NCBI GenBank assembly: GCA_025450235.1
Contig: JANWHX010000294.1
Coordinates: 1-56,113 of the forward strand
Reading direction: 5' to 3'
From: Chitinophagaceae bacterium
GTDB taxonomy: Bacteria > Bacteroidota > Bacteroidia > Chitinophagales > Chitinophagaceae
Length of the DNA: 56,113 nt
Under the pieces are notes generated by a model. That model made no database searches. It was not told the origin of the DNA and saw only the letters and a program-made list of their open reading frames with translations. Within the stretch, counting starts at the first letter, position 1. Every line of letters starts with the position of its first letter. This document shows positions 36,413 to 45,019 of this stretch, piece after piece. A program made the translations under genes and the position numbers.

Positions 36413-37978
36413 TCATTTAGACACGTTAACTGTAAAAACATCTTCAATACAATTGGATGGATCCTTTACTTTATAAACAGAAGTGCCGGGACGCGGCTTA
36501 ATTGTGATGCTTCTCGTAGTTTTATTAGATCCTTCCCACCGGTACTGTCCCACGAAAGATGCTTTTAGTTCAACAGATTGACCACGTTTTACTGTGATCG
36601 TGGATCTTTTATTGACATTCTTCATTAGCGTAAACTGGTCGCGTATGACTCCGTCTGCGCAGATCCATTTCATGTCAATCCGATTACCCTCAATTTCCAG
36701 CAAAGTAGCGCCACCGATCGTGACATTTGAAAATGGAAGAGCGTTATGTGGAAATGTGCTTTGCGAGTAATCCACCCTGCCAGAAGAGCCGGTCACAATA
36801 TACACTGTGCCTCTGTTAGAACTATCTTTTACAAACGGACAGGAGTTTGCAGACCCATCATATGCTCCCGAAGAGTTACTTAACAAGTGAATTTCAGTGG
36901 AAAAACTAGCTTCGGGTCCATAATGCCCCTTCATTAATTTGGAACGTTCATAAGAATGACTGTGCCCGCATATTACAAGATCAACTCCATATCGCTCAAG
37001 TATCGGGATAAAATTCTGCCTGATCTTCACCATCTGGGTTTCACTATCAGAATTATGAGAGCCCATAGAATAAGGTGGATGATGCCAGTAGGCGATAATC
37101 CATTCCTTGCCTTTATTTGCTTCAAGATCTTTCTTTATCCATTTTACCTGGCTGCCGGTTGTATCAAACAATCTTGTGCCATAGTCCTCTTCACCCTGCG
37201 AGTCTAACGAAAGAAAATGGATATTATCAATATCAAAGGAATAAAAAGCGGAACTATTAGAGGACACACCACCTGCTTCACCCCGGGTTGGCATCGTGAA
37301 GTTCTGGTAATAGGCCACTTCACCCGAGCGTTGAGCCACCTCCGCAAGCATAGGCAGATCCTGGTAATCATGATTACCCGGTGCGGGGTACAACGGTGAT
37401 TGTTTGAGAAGAAAATCCTTGTAAACGTTAAAGAAATTCGATTGATATTCCACATCCTTTCCAAAAGAATAAGCATTGTCTCCGACAAGTATCCATGCGT
37501 TCAGAGGATTGCTGCCAAGTTTTTTTAAAAACTGGTCCCGGACGTTATGTTGGATAGTTGAGTTTGTACCACAATCACCAAAAACACCTATGCGGTATTT
37601 ATTCTCCGCACCTGCAGGCGGCAATGTAGTGAAGTGATTGCTTTCATCCCATTGAAGCGTGTCTTTGAACCCTTCAATCAGATAGTAATACTTTGTATAA
37701 GGCTCGAGGTTTGTTAATGTAACAATATGCTCATGAGTACGGCTGCCATTACCCGCAAGCCCGTCAAATTTGCCTTCTTGTTTGCCGTATCGTACAAAAC
37801 TTACATCCAACTCATCGGTCCGCCATCTAACTATGATACTGGTCGGTGTAGCTACCTGCAGGTAAGGCCCCCTGATTAATTCCGGTCGTATGCCATAATA
37901 TCTTTTGGGGTTTATCTGTGACCTTACAATAAACGGAAGAAAGATCAAAAAAAGGAAGTATAGAATTGTCTTTTTCAT
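36413..37978 (-). CDS. purple-acid-phosphatase-like metallophosphoesterase (paralogue 1 of 3)
   Basis: GVFGDCG, VGDNAYSFG, PGNHDY, WHHPPYS and CGHSHSYER, plus a signal peptide. Confidence 0.8.
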   Translation of the reverse strand: MKKTILYFLFLIFLPFIVRSQINPKRYYGIRPELIRGPYLQVATPTSIIVRWRTDELDVSFVRYGKQEGKFDGLAGNGSRTHEHIVTLTNLEPYTKYYYLIEGFKDTLQWDESNHFTTLPPAGAENKYRIGVFGDCGTNSTIQHNVRDQFLKKLGSNPLNAWILVGDNAYSFGKDVEYQSNFFNVYKDFLLKQSPLYPAPGNHDYQDLPMLAEVAQRSGEVAYYQNFTMPTRGEAGGVSSNSSAFYSFDIDNIHFLSLDSQGEEDYGTRLFDTTGSQVKWIKKDLEANKGKEWIIAYWHHPPYSMGSHNSDSETQMVKIRQNFIPILERYGVDLVICGHSHSYERSKLMKGHYGPEASFSTEIHLLSNSSGAYDGSANSCPFVKDSSNRGTVYIVTGSSGRVDYSQSTFPHNALPFSNVTIGGATLLEIEGNRIDMKWICADGVIRDQFTLMKNVNKRSTITVKRGQSVELKASFVGQYRWEGSNKTTRSITIKPRPGTSVYKVKDPSNCIEDVFTVNVSK

Positions 37979-37997
37979 ATTGGCTAAATCAGCGCCT

Positions 37998-39791
37998 TTA
38001 TTTTAATAAAAATGTTCCGGAGTTTTTATAATCATCGTCACTACCCCAAATTGGCTTCCAATACAAAGTGGCCGAGGTTTTCTCTGGGAAATTATCCTGG
38101 TCACGATACCCGATATTGACCCGGACCGAATTATCTGTCTTTGTTAGCGTAACAGCAGGCAGGGTGATATCCATCATTAAAATAGAATCAGAAAAATATC
38201 TTTTTGTCTTTATGTCTTTGGCCCCAATGCTACCCTTTCCTTCGATAGTTATTTTGCCATCGCCCGGTGATATTGTCAACAAAATTTGCCGACCGGCTGA
38301 ATCTTCAACATAGAGAAATAAAAGATCCCTGGGTTTTGATGGATCGTTTATCCATTGGTCATCATTTACCAGTACAACCAGGTGAATTAATTTGCTATCC
38401 TTTATTAATTTAAATCGGAAAAAAACATCACCGGGACCCGACCAATACCATCTTCCATCGAGTTGTTCAGGTTCTACTACCGCAATCATACCCGAAGTAT
38501 CCTGCCCGTGATATACTTGCCTGGCTGGGTTGGTATTGTTTGATTCCAGGGGAACAAGTTTCCAGCTAAGCAGGAGTCTTTTATTGGCTGTTATCGAATA
38601 GGATGTATTCTTGTATGAATATTCGCCCATTAAAGAAATATCGACAAAAGGAAGATCAGCCAAATCAACCAATGAGTTATCCTTTTTCGAAATTGTTATA
38701 GGCTGTGTGATTGTTTGGTGCGGTTCAACAATCGCATTTATTTCACAGGGAGTTACCAAATATTGTTTTTTATCGCACAACTGTCCGGTTACTTTAAGGG
38801 GATAGTCCGTCGGATTATCCAATTTTATTTCCGCCGTTAAGGCTTTCTCCTGTTGATGTTCGCTTACCAAGGAAACCGGGTGTAACCAGGTCTGATCAAT
38901 CAATGCCTGCGTAATTGAATATGTAGTGTCATTGACCACATCTTCTTTTATTATACCCTGCAATTTTAAATTCACAATCCTGGGTTCGCCGCTGGTGAGA
39001 GTAACTATTGTCAGGTGATCATATTCGCCAAATTTTTCTCCCCGCAGGTCGCTTCCTCCTCCGGTACTGCCCAGAACAAAATATTTATTCCCGTTCTTCA
39101 TCATCTTTACGTAGGTGTGATGATGGCCGGAAAAAAGGGTATAGTTATTTCCTTTCAGCAGCGCCTCAATTTTTTCGAAACCTTCTTCCCTCTCATTTCT
39201 ACCTTGCCAAACCGGCCGGTGCATGAAAAGAAAGGTCCAGCGTACGCCGGCATTATCTGCTATCGCTTTCTTAAAATAATTTACCTGTTCGTCCCGGATG
39301 CCTCCATGCCCTCCATCTTCCGTGTTTATGCACAGGAACAATACATTCTTGTAAACAAAATGATAATAGGGCGGACCAACATATTTTTTCCATTGCTGTT
39401 CCATTAAAGGATTGCCGATATCGTGATTCCCGGGAACATAAAAGAAACGCATTCCCAGAGGTTTGATATCTGCATTAAACTCCTGCCATTGTCTTTCAAT
39501 AACGGCAGTATCGTAAGTTTTTCCATCAGTGAGATCGCCTACAGATATTACAAATTGAGGTTGTAATAGCTGTAGTTTTTCAACTGCATCCTCAAATACA
39601 CCGGGTCGCCTGCCGCCCCACACGTCAGAAATGATTGCAAACTGTAATTTGCCCGTATCATCATTGAATGGAAGGTTGGTGGAAGACATACGGTTCCCCG
39701 TACCTTGCTGAGCAATGGTAACACTTGCGGAAAGAAGAATTAAATAAATGACAAGTGTCCTTCTTGCAGTAGTGGCCGCTTTCAAATTCAA
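37998..39791 (-). CDS. calcineurin-like metallophosphoesterase with ~330-aa C-terminal beta-rich domain
   Basis: FAIISDVWGG, VGDLTDG, PGNHDI, FMHRP and SGHHHTY motifs. This is a different subfamily from the three PAP-like genes. Confidence 0.75.
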   Translation of the reverse strand: MNLKAATTARRTLVIYLILLSASVTIAQQGTGNRMSSTNLPFNDDTGKLQFAIISDVWGGRRPGVFEDAVEKLQLLQPQFVISVGDLTDGKTYDTAVIERQWQEFNADIKPLGMRFFYVPGNHDIGNPLMEQQWKKYVGPPYYHFVYKNVLFLCINTEDGGHGGIRDEQVNYFKKAIADNAGVRWTFLFMHRPVWQGRNEREEGFEKIEALLKGNNYTLFSGHHHTYVKMMKNGNKYFVLGSTGGGSDLRGEKFGEYDHLTIVTLTSGEPRIVNLKLQGIIKEDVVNDTTYSITQALIDQTWLHPVSLVSEHQQEKALTAEIKLDNPTDYPLKVTGQLCDKKQYLVTPCEINAIVEPHQTITQPITISKKDNSLVDLADLPFVDISLMGEYSYKNTSYSITANKRLLLSWKLVPLESNNTNPARQVYHGQDTSGMIAVVEPEQLDGRWYWSGPGDVFFRFKLIKDSKLIHLVVLVNDDQWINDPSKPRDLLFLYVEDSAGRQILLTISPGDGKITIEGKGSIGAKDIKTKRYFSDSILMMDITLPAVTLTKTDNSVRVNIGYRDQDNFPEKTSATLYWKPIWGSDDDYKNSGTFLLK

Positions 39792-39871
39792 AAAAATTAG
39801 TTTTAGTCGGGTTAAAGTAAAGAAGAATATGGTTACTGGGAATTAGAAATAAATCAGGTTTAGTATTAAAG

Positions 39872-39906
39872 AAATAGCCCATATTAATAATAAATACGGG
39901 CTATTT
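39872..39906 (-). terminator. hairpin just downstream of susD-like gene (attenuator/terminator candidate)
   Basis: On the minus strand: AAATAGCCC, a 17-nt loop, then GGGCTATTT (a 9-bp perfect stem) followed by CTTTAAT. It begins 13 nt after the SusD-like stop. Confidence 0.35.
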
Positions 39907-39918
39907 AGGTGGAGGGGC

Positions 39919-41436
39919 TTATGGTTTGTCCCACCAAACACGGGTGGAAGTAATATCTTGTCCTTGCCTGGTAACAGCTTCGTTGATATTCGGGTTCGAT
40001 GCGTATTCGTCACGCGGATAATATAGTCTTCTTGGAAGTTGGGCTCCTAAATTGCCGCTTAAGCTAAGATTCAAGCCGCTATAAGTATCTGGGTAGCCGC
40101 TTCTACGCATGTTGGCCCAGGCCTCGTAATAGTTTGGAAAAGTTTCTATCCAGTATTGTGTATTGATCTGAATTAATGCATTTGCGGGATCATAAGGATT
40201 AGCTGCGAGGTAAGCATTTTGCTGAGCCACTGTGATAGCCCCACTATTCCATCCGTCAGTGCCGTAAATAGCTAACTCGCCCATGGCCGCTTTTACACCA
40301 TTTTCATAGAGGGTTTGGGCATTTCCTGGAACGATATTTCTTACAGCTAATTCAGCGAGCTGAAATTGAACCTGGGCATAGCTTAAGTGAACAAAGGGAG
40401 CTGAGTATTTTCCCAGAGTTCTAATGTTCGCAACCGATGCACTGTCTCTTTGTACCGATTGCACAAATTGATCACGTCCCCTTTGATTTGCTGGATTATG
40501 ATCTCCTTCCTGGTAGGATGTTAAAGGGAGTTTCTCTCTCATACAGTATGCAGGAGTACGGGGGTCATTACGGAGCTTTAATGAATCCACAAAAGGCTGA
40601 GCAAGCCGGTATGTAGTGATGTAGCTTGAACTGATCCATGTGTGGGCAGTGCCATTGGATGTGGTGCCTGTCCCTGCTAGCTGGGTAGTATAATTGACAA
40701 TAAAATTATCGCTATTGCTTGTCATCAGTCCACCAGCGACAGCCTGCTCTGCATACTTTTTTGCGTTAGCAGGGTCCACTTTCACTATCCGCAAGGCCAA
40801 TCTCAGCATAAGGCTATTGGCAAACTTTTTCCATTTTGTGATATCGCCATTATATACAATGTCAGCAGACAGGGGCGTTCCTTTCGAAGAATTGAATCCC
40901 GCGATGGCCTCAGTTAATTCTTTGAACATGTCTTCATATATCTTTTGCTGGGGATCATATTTAGGCGTTGTAACTCCCTGCGAATACCCTTTAATCGCTT
41001 CGAAATAGGGAATATCTCCATAACTATCTGTAACCGAGTGAAACAAATAAACTCTTAAAATACGCCCGATACTCAGGTAATTAACTTTACTCGGATCTTC
41101 CTCGCAACGCTCAATGAAATCAACTATATTTTTAAGAGGGTTCTTGTAAATCCAGACCCAATGCTCTGACATTTCCGTTGGCTTGTAAGCTGTAATGGAA
41201 GGAAAGGAAACATTCGTGTTGATCTGGCTTGCATATGCTGCGGCATAGTAGGTTTGAGTATAATAATTCTTATCAACCATCGTAAGTTCAACATAAGGAA
41301 GCAGAAACTCCAGCGTCGGAGTTGACACAAAGTCAACGCTTGTATTTATGTCCTTGAACCCTTTGTCGCATGAAGGGAGCGTTCCTGCGAGGGTTAGAAA
41401 CGTGACTAGAACATAAAGCTTAGATTTATTTTTCAT
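39919..41436 (-). CDS. SusD/RagB-family outer-membrane nutrient-binding lipoprotein
   Basis: Lipoprotein signal (LAGTLPSCD). It sits immediately downstream of the SusC-like gene. It is TPR-like and helix-rich with a typical C-terminal ...RVWWD. Confidence 0.8.
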   Translation of the reverse strand: MKNKSKLYVLVTFLTLAGTLPSCDKGFKDINTSVDFVSTPTLEFLLPYVELTMVDKNYYTQTYYAAAYASQINTNVSFPSITAYKPTEMSEHWVWIYKNPLKNIVDFIERCEEDPSKVNYLSIGRILRVYLFHSVTDSYGDIPYFEAIKGYSQGVTTPKYDPQQKIYEDMFKELTEAIAGFNSSKGTPLSADIVYNGDITKWKKFANSLMLRLALRIVKVDPANAKKYAEQAVAGGLMTSNSDNFIVNYTTQLAGTGTTSNGTAHTWISSSYITTYRLAQPFVDSLKLRNDPRTPAYCMREKLPLTSYQEGDHNPANQRGRDQFVQSVQRDSASVANIRTLGKYSAPFVHLSYAQVQFQLAELAVRNIVPGNAQTLYENGVKAAMGELAIYGTDGWNSGAITVAQQNAYLAANPYDPANALIQINTQYWIETFPNYYEAWANMRRSGYPDTYSGLNLSLSGNLGAQLPRRLYYPRDEYASNPNINEAVTRQGQDITSTRVWWDKP

Positions 41437-41463
41437 GATCTTCGTTTTAAAGAATTGAATAGA

Positions 41464-44400
41464 TTATTTCAAGGTGAACTTTATTGTCAAGCCGTAGCTA
41501 CGTGTAGGGGGAAAGCCCAATCTTTCAATACCCTGCTGGTTATTGGCAGCTATATTACTTTCCGGATCGACATTTTCTAAATCCTTGTCTTTATAAATTG
41601 TGAGCAGGTTTCGAACAACGAACGAAATAGCCGCGTTGGTAATCCCCACTTTACTCAATGCTCTGTCTGAAATCCTGTACCTGAGGGCAACTTCTCTCAA
41701 TTTTACAAAACTCGCGTTATAGATGAACTGCTCCGATATGTTCCCGATCTGGTTGTAGTATGAACTTAAATTATCAGGCAATACCATTACTGTATTTTTC
41801 CCTCCGGTTTGATTTAACCCGTCTGCTATAAATCCTTCCTCTCTTCCAAAGAGGGTGGCCATGTGTTTACCATTTTTATATGCTGTTGCATTAGTTTCGG
41901 AATAGATATCTGCACCGAATTTTGCATCAACAAATACATACAATGAAAGATTTTTATAAGTAAATGTGTTGCTAAACCCAAACATTTTGTCGTATGTACT
42001 GTTGCCCAAATATTTGGCTGTAGAATTGACGACAGGGAAACCTCGTGTATCATAAATCTTCTGGCCGCTGGCTGAATCCCTTGCATAGCTGAATCCATAG
42101 ATGCCACCATATCTTTCCCCCTCGGTCAGGCGCACGAAGGCGTTGCCGCTTTTTGACGTGGCCAGGATAATGGGAACGCCCATTACACCATCGCCCAGCG
42201 CCACTATGGTGTTGTTATTCTTGGTAAACGTAGCCGTCATGTCCCAGGTAAAATTGTTTTTCCTGATAGGCGTACCTCTCAGCAATACCTCAATCCCACT
42301 GTTTTTAAGTTTGCCTACATTAAGTACGGCGGTGCTATAGCCCGTTGTGCTGGATACGGCAGTTCTTACAATATCATCTTTAATTTGCCGGTTGTAGTAA
42401 CTGGCATCAAAACCAATTCTGCCGTTCAGGAAGTCCATCTCCAGTCCAATTTCATAATCAGTTGAGAGGAGGGGCTTGAGTTTCTTATTTGGTATGTTGC
42501 TGGTGCCGATCAACTGGAGAGGAAGGTTATTGTTATACAGAAACGCATCGAGGGAATAACTCAGGTCAAGTTGATAAGGATCGGTATCTCCACTTACCTG
42601 CGCGCTTGAAGTCCTAAGCTTGGCAAAGGATATTGCCGATGGTAATCTAAACGCATCCGAGAAAACAAACGATAGCGAAGCGGCAGGGTAGAATAGATTA
42701 TTATTATCAAGAGGTAACGTAGAAAACCAATCATTTCTTCCTGTTAATGTCAAATACAGGTATTTATTGTATGACACCTCCACACTTCCAAAGAGCGAAT
42801 TTGTCCTTCGCTTGCTTTCACTGGTTGATGGCAGCTTTGTTTTTAGATTGTTGAAGGTATAAACGTTTGGAACGATGAATGTATTTCCGGACTCGATCAG
42901 TTGAGAAGCGGCACGCCAACTGATGTTTCCACCCACGAAGGCGTTTACTGCAAATTTGCCTTTAAGATCGGGGTTTATTCCCATCATGATTTCATATTCA
43001 TTGGCGGAACTTTCAACATTGCGCTGGTTAAGTATGCCCCCGATGTTACTGGGAGAATTATATGGGAAACTTGACGAGGCATTCCCATCCGGAATGTATT
43101 GCAATCTTTTTGATAAGTAATAGTCCCGTGTCATCCTACCTCTCACATACAACCATTTTGTTATTTCATATTTAAGCATTACAGATCCCCAGAACCTGTT
43201 CTTTGAATCCGTTTCTTTTTCCTTATTTAATATATAATATGGATTGGAGACGCCTTGTGTGTAAAGGAATTCGCGACCTGTCGAATCATAACCTGGCTTT
43301 AATGGATCCAGGTCTATGGTATTAGGAAGGTATAATAATGAATAAAGCGAATTGTCGTGATTGCCTCCAATGAAAGGGCGGTTGTTTGACTTTTCAAAAG
43401 TATAGTTCAATAAAAGATCAACGTCCATTTTGCCAAACTTTGAATGAGTCTTTGTATTAATACTGGTTCTGGCGAAATTGGCGTTGGGAGTAATATCCGT
43501 GTTTCTCAGGTCCGATAACGACAACCTGTAATCATGGTTAGCATTACTTCCATATAATGACAGCGTATTGGTAATAGTATTACCAGTCCTGAAAAAGCGA
43601 TCATAAATATCTTCTACCGGGCTGAATGGCCTGACGACCCCGTCAAACTGTGGCGCCGGCGTGCCATCCATAATGTGTCCCCAGCTATCGGATCCTTTCG
43701 CATTATCGGCGCTGGTTGGCAGTTCCCGGGCATTTGCCTGGTTTATTGAACTTTGTCCATACACATTTTGGAAATTGGACAGGTCGATAAGCTTATCGAT
43801 CAATAACGATGTACTGAAATCAACATTTGTTTTTCCTCTTGCAGATTTACCACTCTTTGTTGTGACAAGGATTACTCCGTTAGCTGCCCTTGATCCATAC
43901 AAGGCCGCTGCGGCATTGCCTTTTAATACGCTGATGGTCTCAATGTCGTCCGGGTTTATGCCGGTTAGACCGTCACCAAAATCATATCCTCCTTCAGGTG
44001 TATTCGTTGCCAATCCTCCGAGGCTGCTCGAATTTATCGGAACACCATCTATAACCCACAAAGGATTATTATCCCCGGTTAAGGAAGTGGCCCCACGAAT
44101 AACAACTCTCTTTGTACCGGCAACTCCATTAGCGATATTACCAACATCAACGCCGGCAACTTTGCCTGACAAGGCATTGACAAGACTGGGTGTCTGAACC
44201 GTATTTACTTTGCTACCGTCAATCTGGGCAATAGAATATCCAAGGCTCCTGGGATTCTTTTTAATATTTAATGCCGTCACTACAACATCACCCAATTCTC
44301 TTGAATCGGGAAAAAGACTGATGTTGATGTGTGCCTGGTTTTTGACTTGTGCTTCTTGCGTGAGTAATCCGACAAAAGAAAACACAATCACGGCGCGTTT

Positions 44401-44616
44401 ATCGGCAACCAATATTGAGTAGCTTCCCAAAGCGTCGGTCGTTGTGCTTACACGTGTTCCTTTAACGGTAACTGTTACACCCATCAACGCTTCACTATTT
44501 TCATTCGTTACAATCCCTTTTATTGTTATTGGGTTGTTTTGAGCAATCCCCGGATTAGGATACCATAGGCACAGAAATAAAAGAAGCAGGGTTAGAATGG
44601 TTGATAAGTATCTCAT
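41464..44616 (-). CDS. SusC/RagA-family TonB-dependent outer-membrane transporter
   Basis: Carboxypeptidase-regulatory-like N-domain (ITIKGIVTNENSEALMGVTVTVKG). Plug (TonB-box region DVVVTAL). It ends in an aromatic-rich barrel terminus. The start is moved to Met16 (44616) because the longer ORF would begin inside the promoter motif. Confidence 0.9.
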   Translation of the reverse strand: MRYLSTILTLLLLFLCLWYPNPGIAQNNPITIKGIVTNENSEALMGVTVTVKGTRVSTTTDALGSYSILVADKRAVIVFSFVGLLTQEAQVKNQAHINISLFPDSRELGDVVVTALNIKKNPRSLGYSIAQIDGSKVNTVQTPSLVNALSGKVAGVDVGNIANGVAGTKRVVIRGATSLTGDNNPLWVIDGVPINSSSLGGLATNTPEGGYDFGDGLTGINPDDIETISVLKGNAAAALYGSRAANGVILVTTKSGKSARGKTNVDFSTSLLIDKLIDLSNFQNVYGQSSINQANARELPTSADNAKGSDSWGHIMDGTPAPQFDGVVRPFSPVEDIYDRFFRTGNTITNTLSLYGSNANHDYRLSLSDLRNTDITPNANFARTSINTKTHSKFGKMDVDLLLNYTFEKSNNRPFIGGNHDNSLYSLLYLPNTIDLDPLKPGYDSTGREFLYTQGVSNPYYILNKEKETDSKNRFWGSVMLKYEITKWLYVRGRMTRDYYLSKRLQYIPDGNASSSFPYNSPSNIGGILNQRNVESSANEYEIMMGINPDLKGKFAVNAFVGGNISWRAASQLIESGNTFIVPNVYTFNNLKTKLPSTSESKRRTNSLFGSVEVSYNKYLYLTLTGRNDWFSTLPLDNNNLFYPAASLSFVFSDAFRLPSAISFAKLRTSSAQVSGDTDPYQLDLSYSLDAFLYNNNLPLQLIGTSNIPNKKLKPLLSTDYEIGLEMDFLNGRIGFDASYYNRQIKDDIVRTAVSSTTGYSTAVLNVGKLKNSGIEVLLRGTPIRKNNFTWDMTATFTKNNNTIVALGDGVMGVPIILATSKSGNAFVRLTEGERYGGIYGFSYARDSASGQKIYDTRGFPVVNSTAKYLGNSTYDKMFGFSNTFTYKNLSLYVFVDAKFGADIYSETNATAYKNGKHMATLFGREEGFIADGLNQTGGKNTVMVLPDNLSSYYNQIGNISEQFIYNASFVKLREVALRYRISDRALSKVGITNAAISFVVRNLLTIYKDKDLENVDPESNIAANNQQGIERLGFPPTRSYGLTIKFTLK

Positions 44617-44634
44617 TAGCAAAGATTTTATAGT

Positions 44635-44700
44635 TAAATGTAAAATTTGTCCCACCCGCATAGTTCTGCTTATTAATCTATTTTGTGTACTTTTTTTGCA
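44635..44700 (-). promoter_or_regulatory. promoter 'f' for the SusC/SusD-phosphatase operon
   Basis: On the minus strand: TGCAAAAAAAGTACA (44686-44690), ATAAGCAGAAC (44663-44673) and TACATTTA (44635-44642). Same 48-nt spacing. The box lies 18 nt from the ATG at 44616. Confidence 0.5.
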
Positions 44701-44868
44701 TGAACATTCCCAATCCCGGGCGAATACATAAAAAAAATTATACTAAAATGAACATTGTGTTAACTAATGATTACGATTCTAAAAGGAAAGTAAATAATTG
44801 CATGGATTGAGCAATTCTTTTGGCAGGTTTTCTGAAGATTATTAAACAGGCTCATTGAAGAGTCTTCT

Positions 44869-44986
44869 TGCGGAGGAGCAGGGATTCGAACCCTGAAACC
44901 TTGACACGCTTTCTAACATTGAATTCGAACCAAATACACGACTACGAAAAATGCAAACTAATTCTGGTCTCCGAAATTACTCCTCA
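44869..44986 (-). other. tRNA-like element: intact T-arm and acceptor 3' strand, no complete cloverleaf
   Basis: The minus strand ends ...CAGGGTTCGAATCCCTGCTCCTCCGCA, a canonical T-stem/loop plus a 7-nt acceptor strand. A complementary GAGGAG followed by TA lies 118 nt upstream. The interior is ~30 nt too long and lacks an anticodon arm. Confidence 0.35.
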
Positions 44987-45019
44987 AGCCCAGCAGATGG
45001 ACTCTTGGTGTTATTAGTT

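Noticed and set aside
44617-44661. 15-codon N-terminal extension of the SusC-like ORF
   Set aside because: The ATG at 44661 sits inside the conserved promoter element (ATAAGCAGAAC) and upstream of the -7 box. Met16 gives a normal signal peptide.
12588-44700. Reading the recurrent TGTACTTTTTT as plus-strand -7 boxes (TAcTTTTT) driving antisense transcripts
   Set aside because: The last base is T, not G/A. No consistent plus-strand -33 or downstream feature exists, except possibly at the 26.7-kb repeat. The exact 48-nt phasing to minus-strand TAnnTTTR boxes in all six cases favours the minus-strand interpretation. TSS mapping would settle it.
44869-44986. Functional tRNA gene
   Set aside because: Only the T-arm and acceptor 3' strand are canonical. 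Position 1:72 mismatches, there is no anticodon stem-loop, and the span (118 nt) is too long even for a class II tRNA. It is kept only as a tRNA-like fragment or element.
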